Source of the DNA: Candidatus Latescibacterota bacterium
GTDB lineage: Bacteria > Latescibacterota > UBA2968 > UBA8231
Length of the DNA: 64,000 bases
Assembly: GCA_965243025.1 (NCBI GenBank)
Contig: CBDETY010000003.1
Span: 1,600,001-1,664,000, forward strand
Reading direction: 5' to 3'
A program made the translations under genes and the position numbers. Numbering within the stretch: the stretch's first letter is position 1; every line of letters begins with the position of its first letter. Shown piece after piece: positions 62,556 through 64,000 of this stretch. The notes under the pieces were generated by a model. The model was not told where the DNA came from and made no database searches. It saw nothing but the letters and a program-made list of their open reading frames with translations.

Positions 62556-63434
62556 ATGGGCAGCATCCTGATTCTCTCCGATGACAAGGCGGTCGTCGAG
62601 GACGTCGAGAAGGCGATTTCTCCGGGGAGTCATGCGGTCACGGTTTTGCCCCCCGAGACAGCGACCCTCGACTGCTCAACCAGGGCCAGGGTTGACCTCG
62701 TGTTCCTGAAGGACCGCTCCGGCTCCGTGAATCCGGATTTCCTGGAAACCGTTATCTCCCGGTTTCGTGCCCAGGACATCCCCGTTTTGCTGTTTCGAGA
62801 GTCGGAATCTCCCCAGCAACCGCCAAATCTTGAGGGGACCGTTGGCGACTACCTTTCATTGCCCGTCGACTCAAGCGAGGTCGCCAGGCGGACAGAACTA
62901 TTGCTGAAGGTAAAGCAGCGTCTCGATGAACTGGGTTCAAAGGCCGTTATCGACGAGTTGACCGGGGCTTACAACCGCCGCTATCTCCATGAGCAGCTTA
63001 AGCTGCGCCTGGGAGAAGCGAGGCGCCACCGAACGCCCGTTTCATTCATTCTGTTCGATCTCGATCACTTCAAGAACGTGAACGATTCCCATGGACACCT
63101 GTTCGGAGACACCGTTTTGAAAGGCACCGCCGATTTGGTGAGGCAACTGATCCGCAAGGAAGACCTCCTGGCGCGATACGGCGGGGAAGAGTTCGCCGTG
63201 ATGTTGCCCCATACCGACCGGTCCGGGGCGGCTGTTCTTGCAGAAAGGTTGCGGGAGTCGGCAGCCGGATGCTACCACTCGAACGGGGAGCGAAAAGAGC
63301 GTGTCACGATAAGCCTCGGGGTGGCGTCATTCCCCACAGATGAGGCGGACTCGGTGGAAGAACTGATCGATTGTGCCGACTTGCGTCTTTACAAGGCGAA
63401 GCATTCGGGCCGCAACCGGTCGGTGTTCGATTGA
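62556..63434 (+). CDS. Diguanylate cyclase with degenerate receiver-like N-terminus
   Basis: DELTG, DLDHFK.VND..GH, RKED I-site, RYGGEEF. Confidence 0.9.
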   Translation: MGSILILSDDKAVVEDVEKAISPGSHAVTVLPPETATLDCSTRARVDLVFLKDRSGSVNPDFLETVISRFRAQDIPVLLFRESESPQQPPNLEGTVGDYLSLPVDSSEVARRTELLLKVKQRLDELGSKAVIDELTGAYNRRYLHEQLKLRLGEARRHRTPVSFILFDLDHFKNVNDSHGHLFGDTVLKGTADLVRQLIRKEDLLARYGGEEFAVMLPHTDRSGAAVLAERLRESAAGCYHSNGERKERVTISLGVASFPTDEADSVEELIDCADLRLYKAKHSGRNRSVFD

Positions 63435-63471
63435 GTGCGGCCGCCGGAGCCGGTGGAATTCCCGCCTGAAG

Positions 63472-64000
63472 TCAGCCAGTGGCCTGCTTTCTTTCTTCCA
63501 GTTCGCTAGCGGATTCAAAGATGCCATCGATCAGACCGAAATCCTGCGCTTCATGCGGCGACAGGAAATAATTCCTCTCGGTGACTTCTTCTATCCTTTC
63601 CAGGGGCTGTTCGGAATCCGCTACCAGGATGGCGTTGAGTCTCTGCCGCCAATCCATGATCTCCCGGGCCTGAATCTCCATGTCAGCGGCCTGACCGCCG
63701 ATGCCTCCCCAAGGCTGGTGCAGCATGATTCGCGAATGGGGGAGGGCATGGCGCTTTCCCCTGGCACCTCCGGCCAGTAGAATTGCGCTCATGCTGTACG
63801 CCTGCCCGACACACAAGGTCGCAACGTCGCAGGGGATGTGTTGCATGGTGTCGTAGATGGCAAGTCCGGACGTTATCAGCCCGCCCGGGCTGTTGATGTA
63901 CAGGGAGATGTCCTGGTTGGGGTCTTCCGACGCGAGAAAGAGCAGTTGAGCGATAACGAGATTGGCCTCGCCGTCATCGATCGGCATACCGATGAAAACG
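63472..64000 (-). CDS. clpP: ATP-dependent Clp protease proteolytic subunit (5' end outside window)
   Basis: YINSPGG, GQAYSM, IMLHQP. Confidence 0.94.
   Translation of the reverse strand, partial: VFIGMPIDDGEANLVIAQLLFLASEDPNQDISLYINSPGGLITSGLAIYDTMQHIPCDVATLCVGQAYSMSAILLAGGARGKRHALPHSRIMLHQPWGGIGGQAADMEIQAREIMDWRQRLNAILVADSEQPLERIEEVTERNYFLSPHEAQDFGLIDGIFESASELEERKQATG

Overview
A GC-rich bacterial chromosomal segment, mostly core genome. Gene content (ACIII-caa3 operon, stand-alone FCB-type GroES, several Gfo/Idh/MocA genes) suggests an FCB-superphylum organism such as Latescibacterota or Gemmatimonadota; this is an inference. In order: 7TM-HD hydrolase, phoH, LysM protein, lipoprotein and aspS; a cysM-mec-cysO-cysK sulfur-carrier cluster; rpsT; lepA-lepB-hemW-thrB-wzz; tRNA-Tyr; mdh, methyltransferase, DapA-like gene; argG with tandem ARG boxes; Ca/Na antiporter and SDR; a five-gene envelope cluster built around an atypical ExbB/ExbD-like pair; a sugar-redox cluster; tRNA-Lys, ppgK, groES; a complete actABCDEFG-sco-coxBACD operon; a 3x18-bp repeat abutting tRNA-Arg(CCT); cysS, DUF815 ATPase, VOC protein, tRNA-Leu; smpB-DnaC-like-rph; a sigma-70 gene; hisN; holA; a decayed IS3; trxA-CSD protein-clpX-epmA-GGDEF; partial clpP. 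The best candidate for an undescribed system is the TonB-less ExbB/ExbD-like cluster (22456-26610), whose ExbD-like subunit appears to lack the canonical Asp. Next is the DnaC/IstB-like ATPase coupled between smpB and rph. All assignments come from motif recognition by eye; no searches were run, and several start codons are estimates.
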